NCBI RefSeq assembly: GCF_004010195.1 | Contig: NC_057718.1 | Location: forward strand, 103,447,946 to 103,511,945 | DNA: 64,000 nucleotides | Reading direction: 5' to 3' | Origin: Chiloscyllium plagiosum | Lineage: Eukaryota | Part shown: piece by piece, positions 37,375 to 49,456 of the stretch | How the letters are laid out: every line of letters starts with the position of its first letter | Numbering within the stretch: position 1 is the first letter of the stretch | Notes under the pieces: generated by a model | What the model was told of the DNA's origin: nothing | The model's input: only the letters and a program-made list of their open reading frames with translations | Databases searched by the model: none | Made by a program: the position numbers and the translations under genes

Positions 37375-38284
37375 NNNNNNNNNNNNNNNNNNNNNNNNNN
37401 NNNNNNNNNNNNNNNNNNNNNNNNNNNNNNNNNNNNNNNNNNNNNNNNNNNNNNNNNNNNNNNNNNNNNNNNNNNNNNNNNNNNNNNNNNNNNNNNNNNN
37501 NNNNNNNNNNNNNNNNNNNNNNNNNNNNNNNNNNNNNNNNNNNNNNNNNNNNNNNNNNNNNNNNNNNNNNNNNNNNNNNNNNNNNNNNNNNNNNNNNNNN
37601 NNNNNNNNNNNNNNNNNNNNNNNNNNNNNNNNNNNNNNNNNNNNNNNNNNNNNNNNNNNNNNNNNNNNNNNNNNNNNNNNNNNNNNNNNNNNNNNNNNNN
37701 NNNNNNNNNNNNNNNNNNNNNNNNNNNNNNNNNNNNNNNNNNNNNNNNNNNNNNNNNNNNNNNNNNNNNNNNNNNNNNNNNNNNNNNNNNNNNNNNNNNN
37801 NNNNNNNNNNNNNNNNNNNNNNNNNNNNNNNNNNNNNNNNNNNNNNNNNNNNNNNNNNNNNNNNNNNNNNNNNNNNNNNNNNNNNNNNNNNNNNNNNNNN
37901 NNNNNNNNNNNNNNNNNNNNNNNNNNNNNNNNNNNNNNNNNNNNNNNNNNNNNNNNNNNNNNNNNNNNNNNNNNNNNNNNNNNNNNNNNNNNNNNNNNNN
38001 NNNNNNNNNNNNNNNNNNNNNNNNNNNNNNNNNNNNNNNNNNNNNNNNNNNNNNNNNNNNNNNNNNNNNNNNNNNNNNNNNNNNNNNNNNNNNNNNNNNN
38101 NNNNNNNNNNNNNNNNNNNNNNNNNNNNNNNNNNNNNNNNNNNNNNNNNNNNNNNNNNNNNNNNNNNNNNNNNNNNNNNNNNNNNNNNNNNNNNNNNNNN
38201 NNNNNNNNNNNNNNNNNNNNNNNNNNNNNNNNNNNNNNNNNNNNNNNNNNNNNNNNNNNNNNNNNNNNNNNNNNNNNNNNNNNN
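37375..38284. other. Assembly gap (910 N)
   Basis: Run of N. Confidence 1.
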
Positions 38285-38396
38285 ATATACCGACCACTGC
38301 AGCGGACAGCTGGAACTGACAACCGGAAGCGGCAGATACAAATCACTATAAATGCCGGAGGAAACATCACAGAAGCGCTTCACAGGAGGCTCCCAA

Positions 38397-38436
38397 GCAC
38401 TGAGGATGTCACCTAGACAGGGGATGAAACGTCTGC
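38397..38436 (+). ncRNA. Minimal hammerhead motif (PLE family B)
   Basis: GCA-CUGAGGA-U-GUCACC-UAGACA-GGGGAU-GAA-ACGU-C|UGC. Confidence 0.75.
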
Positions 38437-38763
38437 AACACAAATTCCCAGCTCGGTGAACAGAACCACAACATTAGCTCAAACCTTTGGATTACTAGTC
38501 CAAAGGCATTGCCACTATGCCAACACCTCCCATTACGTAATTGGATTGTCCACATTATTTAAGTGTTAGTTGGAGTATCTCTATATAACAGAAAATGTTT
38601 AGAGAGGACAAAGAGATGGAATTTTCTGTTAACATGAAGCATGGCTGAATCTAAAGACTGCAGGAGCTGTAGCCCCTCCAAACTTAATTAAGCTGTTCAT
38701 TTTTAATTGCACAAAAGCTTGACAGCAATTAAGTTTATTAGCGGAAGAGTTTCAGATATTATT

Positions 38764-38780
38764 TGACCTGTGTTTGACCT
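38764..38780 (-). promoter_or_regulatory. Perfect DR5 nuclear-receptor element (candidate RARE)
   Basis: AGGTCA-AACAC-AGGTCA on the minus strand in repeat-free DNA; function not shown. Confidence 0.4.
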
Positions 38781-39301
38781 GCAGCCAGGGTTGGACATCA
38801 TTTAGCTGAGTGGAGCCTTACCAAGTAGAATATTTCTTTAATTGCTTGGACAAACTCACCCTCTTCAAACTCCAGTCGGAAAAAGCAACAAAGTACATGA
38901 GCTCAAGTAAGAGCCTCACAGGAGAGCCATAATACGGGGAAGGGGCACCAGTTTAAACATGGTCAGCCCTCATCGGAGGACCAATTTGAACGTGTTATTT
39001 TAATCCTTACTAATAACAAAACTATTTTTTTCTCTTTGTAGTTTATATGCAATAGATCAACGGAGTATTTTCAAACTGTCAAAGAAATGAGGGCCAACCT
39101 CACAAATCAGATCCCATTTGAGACTGCACATTATTTTAACTTATTAACTGAGGCTCCTTAAAAATAGCAGGAGCTGGGGAGACCAAGCCCACAAGAACCA
39201 AGTTCGCAGAGACGAGAATAAAGCAGAGAAATTCATTGCTTCTTAAAAGTTTCCAAGGAGAAAAATAATCTAGAGAAGCGCGTTGCTCCTTAAAGTTACT
39301 T

Positions 39302-39440
39302 TGTGGAGGTGCTGGTGGTGGACTGGGGTGGACAAAGTCAGAGGTCACACAACACCAGGTTAAAATCCAAGAGGTTTGTTTGAAATCACAAGCTTTCTGG
39401 GCACGGAGGGAGTGGCATGGTGCTGTGTGACCTCTGACTT
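39302..39440. mobile_element. Penelope-like family C fold-back fragment
   Basis: aagtcagaggtcacacaacacca inverted with tggtgctgtgtgacctctgactt. Confidence 0.65.
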
Positions 39441-41301
39441 CTTAAGGTTCGCAGGAAAGAGAATAAAACAGAGAAATGTGTTACTTCTTAACCAAACATA
39501 ACATGGCCCCAGGTTGGTGATCAAGGAGAAATTTATTGCAAATGCTGGAATCTCTACTGAACCTACTTTCAGCTTGTTGATCAACTTGGTAAATGGAACA
39601 GTTTAACAGAAATTGTTGAGTTGCATGTACAGTGGTAGGGTTACAGTGCTTCCACATTGGCTCATGAACAATTAACACTTTGGAAAACCTGAAAGAACCG
39701 CGAATACTGGAAACCAGAAACAAAAATGCGGAATGCTGGAAAAACTCAGCAGCATCTGTGCAGAGGGAAAGCAAGAGGGTCCAGTAACGCTTCCGCAAAG
39801 TAATCTGAACTCACTCGAGGGATAATTGAAAACTAGGATGGACCAGTTAACAAATGCCAGCACTGATATATCTAACCCCAAACTAGTGTTTTTAGTACTC
39901 AAAAGGCGCGAGCTTTCCTAAGAGACATTGTCACGCTACTGTGCTATTTTTGAAATGTCTTTTAGTGAATAACGAGGGAGCGCTTCCCCCAGTCCAGTAA
40001 TGATGGGAAAACAAAGGCAGTTAAGTACTGATGGAAAATTTCCAGTCCTCCTATCTTAATGATACTCCTTGTCCAAATGTACTCCTTTCATCAAATTTTC
40101 CACCGCAGTCTGCAAAATGTGGATGCCAGGACAGTGATACAAGCTTTATATCTTATCTCGGCTTGTAAGCAAATATCAATAACATTCCCTCCCTCACTGG
40201 CTGCTCTCTCTCTCTCTCTCTTTCTCTCTCTCTGTGACAGCACAATGTAATCGCTGCAGCACATTGCAAAACAATCCTGTGCAGAGGCAGCAGCTGTGAT
40301 AATGGGAGGCAGACTGTTGTTCACCAGCCCCCCCCCCCCCCAATGTAGGCCAGCGAACTGTAATTTCACTCAATGCGACCCCTTCTCCTGCACTAAGGGT
40401 TTGTGGAATAACTGCAGCCAGATGGCCCTGGGGTTTATATATATAAAAAAAACCCTCTTTCAAGGACTCTGATGGGGGGCGGAGGGGGGGCGGGGAAAAG
40501 ATATGTTAAAAAAAAGTGAGAGAGAAAAAATCCTGATGTTGTAAGATGTTTTGGGAACAGGCACTTTGAACGCTTAAGAAGTAGGAGGTAACATGGCAAC
40601 TGTCCAACGTAACTCTTATCAGGGACAGCATTCTGTTGCTGAACTAAATATGTTGGAGAACAATTTCGGAAGTTCTTTTATCCATTTTCCTCCAGCCCTA
40701 CTCCTCCACAATCGAGCCCGATGCACACTAATATAGTCTGACCTTGAGTTAAACTCTGGAACGTAATGGCTTAGATAGATACTTTCCATCTCACAATAAC
40801 AACAACAGCAAAAAAAAGTTTTTTTTTCACAGATTTTCATTACATTGGAGGAACCTGTTCAGTGCTCAGCGTGTGTCAGAATGGTTCAGAGTGTTAAAAG
40901 TGCCTTGCTTCTTCCCCACTGGATGAGATCAAAGATGCACTCCTGCGCCTTGCATTTGCACTTTCCATGTAGTGAGAGAGAAGGGCTGTGATGGCCAGCA
41001 AAGACACAGTTTGAGGTTATCGCAGAAGCCTAGCTGCTTGTTAGCATTTCCAAAGATCCCTTGTGGAGAGAGAGAAAAAGACTTGCTGGGTGACTGGTGC
41101 GGGGTTTGGTTCCTTCCTGCCCAGTTGCTGGAATAGCAGAGTTAGACCTTTCAGGCAGCCTTTGGGGAAGGAAGATTTGTTTAAAGGCTAACTTATAAAT
41201 GCAAATGAAAACAGTAATCCTTAAAATCATCAGTGAAATGCAGAGGTTGGCATCCAATCTCCTGCACTGACTGCTGTAAAGCAATCTGTTTAGCAACTTC
41301 T

Positions 41302-41428
41302 AGGCGAAAGTGAGGACTGCAGATATTGGAAACCAGAGTTTAGATTAGAGTGGTGCTGGAAAAGCACAGCAGGTCAGGCAGCATCCGAGGGGCAGGAGAA
41401 TCGACATTTCGGGCAAAAGCCCTTCATC
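41302..41428 (-). mobile_element. Penelope-like family A solo terminal fragment
   Basis: Perfect 18-bp TSD atctgtttagcaacttct at 41284-41301 and 41429-41446; truncated inside the hammerhead core. Confidence 0.85.
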
Positions 41429-41639
41429 ATCTGTTTAGCAACTTCTGCTGAGCAACTACTCAATGGTAAAGTTTCATGTGCAAGACTAGAACAATTAGAT
41501 GGATGCACTTAGCAAGTGAAGATATAAAGTTGATTCAACAAACATGATAATGTATTTGCATGACACTCTTTCATTAAAATGCTACAGGCATACCATACAC
41601 AGATGTTAATTCACTGGTATTGCTAGCTAATAATAGAAT

Positions 41640-41830
41640 GATTTTGATTTGATTTATTATTGTCACATGTACCTAAGTAGAGAGAAAAGTTTTGTTTTGC
41701 GTGCAGTACAGGCAGATCATACCATACAACGATCACAGGGTGATCAAACAGAGTGAGGAATATAGCATTATGCCTGCAGAGAAAAAGCAAAATCGACATT
41801 AGATTTGAGAGGTCCATTCAGAAGTCTAAC
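41640..41830 (-). mobile_element. Rex1/Babar-like LINE 3' end
   Basis: tttgatttgatttattattgtcacatgtacc tail, same family as 46030. Confidence 0.55.
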
Positions 41831-43859
41831 CAGATTTCTAACCTAGTGTTAGAACACAGGAACAGGAGAAGGCCAGTCAGCCCTCCACCTCTTCAACCAG
41901 TCAGTTTGATCATGGCTGATATGCATGTTAATCCATCCCTTTACCTTGACTCTGGAACAAATTTCACCATGTGACCAGGCGTCAAGTGATCGGAAGGTTG
42001 AGTATTTAAGGTGAGCTCATCAATGCTTCTGAGTTTTTATGACATTAACACTTTAAAAGACAGCAATGTTTTGCTACTGTCAGTAATGTCAGTGTTCGAC
42101 TGGACGTGTTAATCACAATCTTCTGCCAGTGTCTTTTATTCAGTGAGGCTTTCACACTTTTTTTTACAGAATGGTCACTCCTCTGACTAGTAAATGAAGC
42201 AGACAGCTCCCACCCACCCATTTACGACAGTCCTTCTTCCTCACAATTGCCAACTGCCCCCCCCCCCCCCAACCTACCCTCACCCCCGACCTCATCAAGA
42301 AAATGCTGAGATTGTAGCAAATGGCACAAATGTCAACTTTGTCCCCTCAGGGAGAGGGGGATTGTGAAGTGGCTCATTTAATGTGAACTAGTCACAGAAT
42401 GCCACCAAGTTGCTCCTATTAGTGCTGTCTAGGGTGTAGGTCCTGTGTAAAATATAAAGAAATAACAAACTACATTGACTGGCACTTGACATACAGCATT
42501 AGTAGTGTCGATTCAGTCCTCTCTCTCACACTGGTTTTTCTGCCTGCTCTATAGGGCGAGCACAGAATGCCTAAAACCAAATGTAGTTATCCAGGGTGTC
42601 CCTGCAAACCAGGAATGTTTTCTTTCTTTAAAAAGTCGCAAACATAAAAATCTTGAATCATATTGAACGGTGCACAATACATACAGGACCTTTTTTTAAA
42701 AATATATAACAGTGCAAACCAAGGATAGTGTATTGGATCAGGCACCTCAATTTAGGTTTATAAGCCTGAGGTTGTCACTAAGAATAGCTATGGCTGTTGC
42801 TGAGAATTAGTAGAAATTATAGGAGCCTCTATTGTGCTGATGTCTACATTTAGAACAAGGCACTGACTTCTGAAGCCTGAGTTTCCTCTCCACAATGATC
42901 TACAGACTATAAGATATGAATTCAAGCCCTTGTCTGTTGAGTTCCTGAAAGAAACATTATGGGGGATCCAAATAACCACGGGGGGAGAAAAAACACTCTT
43001 GCTGAAGGGGGGACTGTGGTCAGTGTACACAAAATTAGTTTCTTGAAACTTTGAGCACACTTACCAGAGCTGTGTTCCCCACTAAGTCACTGCAGCACAG
43101 TAATTGCATTTTTTCAGGGATCACCAGCCTTAGCAATGGCTGCATTTCAGGGGCAACTTGCCATTCCACACCTGCTGCTCAGGTTTCTGTTCACTAGGAA
43201 CCACAGAGGACCACTGGTTGGGACTTGCTGGAGTGCAACTGATGAGTTCAAGCTAATTCAGGGGTGATTATGTAGTTTACTGGACGACTAAACCTCTTTA
43301 AGCTTGTAATTACTGCCTATTTGAGTAAAGAACATTCAAAGCCAATTCACCACACCATGCTCTCCACAGCTGGAAGCAGGCTGCCAGGAGGCTGCGGGAA
43401 CCTTATATCTGTAGGGACTTGAATTGAAGCACACTTAGCAGGTAAAACAAAACAGAATCAGCAAAGGTATTGCGCTTAAAGACACTCGATCTTGCTTAAA
43501 GAAAAACAGGCTGATGGTGAGCTATATAAATTACTGCAACGTACATAATGAAAGGCATTGTGGATTAAAACTAACATCAGAGTGAAATGAAAACATATCT
43601 ACAACTTTTGTAGCCTGTGTTACATTTCTGCAATCATTAGGGGAACCCATGCAGGCACATCATTCAAACCACTTGCTTGAAAGAACATCAAAACCTCAGG
43701 ACAGTGAGATTGTCTCTTGTAGCCAGTCTTCATATAATGGCCTTGTTAAACCAAATTTTACAATTCAGCACTGGAAATCCCAACATCTCTCACAGAGATT
43801 TAGCAACAGAGAAGCAGAGAAAAGTGTTTTGCAACAGACAAAAGCCAATTGCTTCTCTT

Positions 43860-44185
43860 TGGGGAAATAGTAGCGTCGTGGTAATGTCATTGGACTCCCA
43901 TGTTCTAGAGTCATAGGTGCAAATCTCATCACAACAACTGGTGAAATTTGAATTCAATAAAAATCTGGAATGAAAAGCTGAGCTAAAAGCAATCATTTAG
44001 TTAAAAAAAACAGCTTGGTTCACTAACATCCTTTAGGGAAGGAAATCTGCCATCCTCACCTGGTCTGACCTACATGTGACTCCAGACCCATGGCAATGTG
44101 GCTGACTCTTAACTGCCCTCTAGGCAATTACGGATGAGGCAATAAATGCTGATTGGGGAAGCAATGCCCACATTACTTGAACAGA
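43860..44185 (+). mobile_element. tRNA-derived SINE family S2, full length
   Basis: A-box tagcgtcgtgg, body and ggcaataaatgct tail. Confidence 0.8.
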
Positions 44186-44225
44186 ATATTCATCAGCAAC
44201 TGCACATAGCACCATTTTTTGGATG

Positions 44226-44530
44226 AGATTAGATTCCCTACAGTGTAGAAATAGGCCCTTTGGCCCAACCAGTCCACACCGACCCTCCAAAGAGTAACCC
44301 ACCCAGACCCATTCCCCTCTGACAAATGCACCTAACACTTTGAGCAATTTAGCACAGCCAATTCATCTGACCTGCACATCTTCGGATTGTGGGAGGAAAC
44401 TGGAGCACCCGGAGGAAACCCACACAGACATAGGGAGAACGTGCAAACTCCACACAGACAGTCGGTCAAAGCTGGAATTGAACCCGGGACTCTGGTGCTG
44501 TGAGGCAGCAGTGCTAACCACTGAGTCACC
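44226..44530 (-). mobile_element. HE1-type V-SINE
   Basis: Full head, V-domain and tail on the minus strand. Confidence 0.9.
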
Positions 44531-44699
44531 ATTAAAACAGTGAAGTGTCATGTGAGTGATTACCAAGCAAAGTTGTGACATACTACCCAGCCATGTAAGG
44601 AGGGGGGGGGGTATACTGAGACTGATAGCTAGGACAGAGAGGTAAGCTTTGAGGAGGAATAGGAAGCAGGCGGATTTCAAAATGACAGTTGGAGCTTTC

Positions 44700-45020
44700 A
44701 TAGCTTCACTACAGTGAAGAAGCAGACCATTCAGCCCATCAAATCCACACTGATGCTCCAAAGAGCATCCCACCCAAACCCACTCCCCCATAACCTTGCA
44801 ATTTTCATGGCCAGTCCATCCAGCCTATACATCCCTGGACTCTAGGGGCAATTTAGCGTGGCCAATCCACCTGACCTGCACATCCTTGGACTGTGGGAGG
44901 AAACTGGAGGACACCCATGCACAGACTGAATGTATAAATTCCACACCGACAGTTGCCAGAGGGTGGAATTGAACCCGGGTCCCTGGCGCTACGAGGCAGC
45001 AGTGCTGCCCAGGGAGCTGC
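44700..45020 (-). mobile_element. HE1-type V-SINE (older subfamily)
   Basis: Head ...gggacccgggttcaattcc, V-domain remnant and tail. Confidence 0.8.
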
Positions 45021-46436
45021 TCCTACACTTTGGCCACAGGTAACTGAAGTCACAGTGGACCAATGAAAATCAGGAATGTGCAAGGGTCAGGACTGAATTC
45101 CATTCCGTGCTCTGAGTGGATAGGAGAAGGTAGCATGCAGTATCTAATCAGGCACCGGTTAAAATATTGCAGTTGGCTCCTGTATACGAAACACAGGATG
45201 GGAATTAAAACAACAGAAAGAAGATTAATAACAAAGAGCAATCAGACACATTGTGTCCTTTGTAGCACCAGAACTAAACAGGGTTCTGGGAATATTAGTA
45301 CTGCAGCGTGGTTTACTATTGTGATTAGTGTTTCACACTCTGGGATTGTTTCGCTGTTGAAGTTATAGTTGATATTTTGGACAAGGGTTCGAGTTATGCC
45401 TTACATTCAGTTTCTGTGAAGCACTGGAGTCATGGGAATTTCTAGCTGCTTGAACTTTGTTTGCCATTTAATCTGGTCTTGCTGATGCAAAGACAGCCAG
45501 CCTCTAGCTGCCAATCACACGGCCTTTTTAGTCCGAGCCCAAAGGAGCAGGGCTTCTGTCAAAAGATTTCAAAACCATGTTAAATGTCTTGATATATAAA
45601 ACATATCTGGAGTTTTGGCAGAGCTTTTCAAACATTTCTGGCAAACTCGACCAATTGTAATACTGATCAATACCCTAAACATTCAAATAGCATAATTCAC
45701 ATATACAGCGCACAAAAGGTAACAATACTAACTATGGGACTGTTAAAGAACACATAGTCATGAGGTCTGTGTAAACACAGATTGACTGTTGGTTTGCACA
45801 GAAACCGGTGCAGTATTTAGAATTTTGACTTGTGGGATTATTTCAAGTTTCCAAATAAAGGCTCAGTCATCATAGCCATGACTGGGAAATACTAGATACA
45901 GCTTCTGATACAGGTCAAAGCCTTGATTTCTGACTAGGCTCAGTTAGCTTTCATTCAAAAATGTATTCATTCACAGGATGTGGCCATGACCAAGGAAGCC
46001 AGCATTGACTGTCCACCCCTAATTGATGGATTAATTTATTTGACTGATATATTGTTGTCACATGTACCGAGATACAGTGAAAAGTGTTACTTTGTGTGCT
46101 CTACAGACAGATCATACTGTTCAAAAGTGCATCAGGGCAGCAGAACAGAGTGCAGGATCCAGTATTACACCGCAGAGAAAGTGCGGAGAGCGAAATCATT
46201 ACAAAGTCTGATAACTGCGAGGAAGAAGATGTTCTTGAATCTGTTCACACATGTTTTCAAACTTTCATATCTTCTATCCAATGAAAGAGGGTGAAGAGGG
46301 TATAACTGGGGTGGGGGGGTCTTTGATTATATTCTAGATTAGAGTGGTGCTGGAAAAGTGCAGCAGGTCAGGCAGCATCTGAGGAGTAGGAAAATCGACA
46401 TTTTGGGCAAAAGCCCTTCATCAGGAATACAGGCAG

Positions 46437-46893
46437 GGTTGTTGTGGTTCTGTTCGCCGAGCTGGAAATTTTTGTTGCAAACGTTTCGTCCCCTGTCTAG
46501 GTGACATCCTCAGTGCTTGGTAGCCTCCTGTGAAGCGCTTCTGTGGTGTTTCCTCCGGCATTTATAGTGGTTTGAATCTGCCGCTTCCGGTTGTCAGTTC
46601 CAGCTGTCCGCTGTAGTGGCCGGTATATTGGGTCCAGGTCGATGTGTTTGTTGATGGAGTTTGTGGATGAGTGCCATGCCTCTAGGAATTTCCTGGCTGT
46701 TCTTTGTTTGGCTTGCCCTATAATGGTAGTGTTGTCCCAGAGGAAACACCACAGAAGCGCTTCACAGGAGGCTCCCAAGCACTGAGGATGTCACCTAAAC
46801 AGGGGACGAAATGTTTGCAACAAAAATTTCCAGCTCGGCGAACAGAACCACAACAACGAGCACCCGAGCTACAAATCTTCACCCGAACTTTGA
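46437..46893. mobile_element. Nested Penelope-like family B fold-back element
   Basis: WDNTTIIGQAKQRTARKFLEAWHSSTNSINKHIDLDPIY on minus; hammerheads at 46477-46516 (-) and 46779-46818 (+); 8-bp TSD acaggcag at 46429-46436 and 46894-46901. Confidence 0.85.
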
Positions 46894-47073
46894 ACAGGCA
46901 GAGTGCCTGCAGAGTGGAGAGATAAATGAGAGGAGGGTGGGGGTGGGGAGAAAGTAGCATAGAGCTTCAGGGCAGGAGGAGATGGCCTGGGGGTTGCAGT
47001 GAGAGAGGATCCTCTTGCAAGGATGCCTGCCTTGAAGAAGTTTTCCTCCTCTCTCTACAAGAATCTCAGTGAG

Positions 47074-48231
47074 GTAAAAACAATGACTGCAGATGCTGGA
47101 AACCAGATTCTGGATTAGTGGTGCTAGAAGAGCACAGCAGTTCAGGCAGCATCCAAGGAGCAGCGAAATCGACGTTTCGGGCAAAATGTCAGTGTCAAGT
47201 CGGTCGTCATTAATGGAGATGGAGAGGTCCAGGAACGGGAGGGAGGCGATCTCTCCATTTTTACAAACCCACCAACTCCCACAGCTACCTGATTACACCT
47301 CTTCCCACCCTAACTCTTGCAAAAATGCCATCCCGTATTCCCAATTCCTCCGCCTCCGCCGTATCTGCTCCCAGGAGGACCAGTTCCACCACAGAACACA
47401 CCAGATGGCCTCCTTCTTTAGAGACCGCAATTTCCCTTCCCACAAAGGGAAATTTGCCTCCCCAGAATCTGGTTTCCAGCATCTGCAGTCATTGTTTTTA
47501 CCTCTATAATAAGTATCAAGTCAAACTGTTGTCCAAGTTTCCCCTTAAGAGCAAAGGTTATGTGTGACTCAAAGTATCAACTGGCTGTTTAAGTATTGTG
47601 TCATTGCATAATAAATTCTCTTAATTTATTACACCAAAACTACTGTTTTCCAATTTTTTTGTCTGGTCAAGAAACTAGCAGAATCTTAAAATTTGAACTT
47701 ATTGTCCAGATATTAGAGTACAAAAATAAAGCCTTGCTACTGTTTAACAACACTTAGACTACAGATTTAATGCAGCATGAGGTTTTGGTACAACTCTAGA
47801 ATCATAGAATCCCTCCAGTGTGGAAGCCGGCCATTCAGCCTATTAAGTCCATATCGATCTTCCGAAGAGCATTCCACCCAGACCCATGTCCTTACCCTAT
47901 CGCTGTAATGCTGCATTTTCCATGGCTAATCCACTGAGCCTGCACATCACATGGGTAAAGGAGAGAATATAGGAAGCTAGGCAGGAATTTTAAGAAGTAG
48001 GTCCCCAATGGTAGTTTTAGTTGGATGACTCCCAATGCCACGAGCTACTGAGGGTAGCAGTAGGAGGATAGAAGAAATAAATGCATGGCTGAGGAGTGGG
48101 ATTTACATTTTTGGATCATTGGAATCTCTTCTGGAGTAGAAGTGACCTGCATAAGAAAAATGGATTGCAGGACTAATTTCGCTGCTCCTTGGATGCTGCC
48201 TGAACTGCTGTGCTCTTCCAGCACCACTAAT
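47074..48231. mobile_element. Nested Penelope-like family A' element with RT fragment and non-PLE cargo
   Basis: YTSSHPNSCKNAIPYSQFLRLRRICS PLE RT C-terminal motif (+, ~47290-47440); 16-bp TSD caagaatct(c/t)agtgag at 47058-47073 and 48232-48247. Confidence 0.75.
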
Positions 48232-48789
48232 CAAGAATCTTAGTGAGTCTCTCCCTCACTGTAACCCTCAGGCCATCTCCTCTGCCCTGAAGCTCTATGC
48301 TACTTTCTCCCCACCCCCACCCCCCTCTCATTTTTCTCTCCACTCTGCAGGCAACCTGCCTCTATTCCTGATGAAGGGTTTTTGCCCAAAATGTCGATTT
48401 TCCTGCTCCTCGGATGCTGCCTGACTTGCTGCGCTTTTCCAGCACCACACTGGTTTCTAGCATCTGCAGTCCTTGTTTTTACCTCTTTGATTATACTGGT
48501 TGCTTTCCCAAAGCAGTGGGACGTGTAGATGGAGCCAATGGATGGGAGACTGGTTTGTGTGATGGACTGGGCTGTGTTCACAGCTCTCTGTAACTTCTTT
48601 CATTCTTTGACAGATCAGTCTTCCTCCCAAGCTGTGTTGCACCCAGATAAGGATGCTTTCTAAAGAGCATCTATAAAAGTAGTTGTCCCTTTGAGAAGGT
48701 GGTGGTGAGCTATCTTCTTGAACTGCTGCAGCCCGTGTGCTGTAGGTACTGCCACAATGCTGTCAGGCAGCTAGTTCCAGGGTTTAAAT

Positions 48790-49330
48790 ATTCAGCCATT
48801 CAGCCTTTCAAGCCTGCTGCCTTATTTGGTAAGGTCATGGCTCACTGAACACTTCAATGGCTTTTACCCACTCCATCTCCTTTATCCTTTGCACCTCAGC
48901 CAGAGACATGCACACCCTGTGAATGATTCAAAAACAATTCAAAGACTGAGTTTATGCAACTTCTGTGGGGTAGAAAATTGCAAATATTTACCACCCTGGG
49001 AGCAAAAATGACATCCTTCTCGTCTTGTTCCTCCATTACCTTTCTGTTATTTTTAAACTGTGCCCCCCAGTACTAAACTCCTCAACTGGGGAAAGCATCT
49101 CACTTGCATCTACTCTGTCCATCCCTTTCAGTGTTTCATCACCTCTCATTCTTCAAACCTCTCGAGAATACCGGCCCAGTTTGCTCAATCTCTCTTCATA
49201 GAACACTTCCACCATCTCAGGTCTGGTTGCTTTCCCTCCATGACAGCAATTATCCTCCTGAGATAAGAAGGCCGAAACCATACACGTTGGTTCACGTGCA
49301 TTCAAACCAAACTCCTGTACAACTGAAGTG
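48790..49330 (-). mobile_element. Decayed CR1 3' region
   Basis: YEERLSKLG remnant and 3' UTR. Confidence 0.65.
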
Positions 49331-49456
49331 GTGGAACTGCAGGAGAGATCCAAGACTTGGAGAGGAACTTGCAGGTCAAGGTGTCCCATGCTCCTGGTGG
49401 GAGGTAGAGAATGCAGATTTGGGATTTGCTGTCAAGGCTGCACTGCATTTGCTTTT

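Larger units (their letters stand above)
37028..38471. mobile_element. Penelope-like family B, inverted arms, encodes end of GIY-YIG-type ORF
   Basis: AREFLEA.HSSTDSI.KHIDLDPIY; inverted arms; 13-bp TSD cat(c/t)agctcaaac at 37015-37027 and 38472-38484. Confidence 0.85.
36565..38531 (-). mobile_element. SINE family S2 interrupted by an HE1 fragment (36647-36820, +) and a PLE-B element
   Basis: Tail at 36565, body 36820-37027, head resumes at 38472-38531. Confidence 0.7.
46332..48483. mobile_element. Penelope-like family A inverted element hosting two further PLE insertions
   Basis: Inverted arms; 12-bp TSD tctttgattata at 46320-46331 and 48484-48495. Confidence 0.8.
46030..48680 (-). mobile_element. 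Rex1/Babar-like LINE 3' part, split by a 2.15-kb PLE composite
   Basis: 46030-46331 continues at 48484-48680; minus ORF NTAQSITQTSLPSIGSIYTSHCFGKATSIIK. Confidence 0.7.

Noticed and set aside
37096..38443. 318-407 aa ORFs in the track
   Set aside because: They read through the N gap; the flanks are PLE-B sequence
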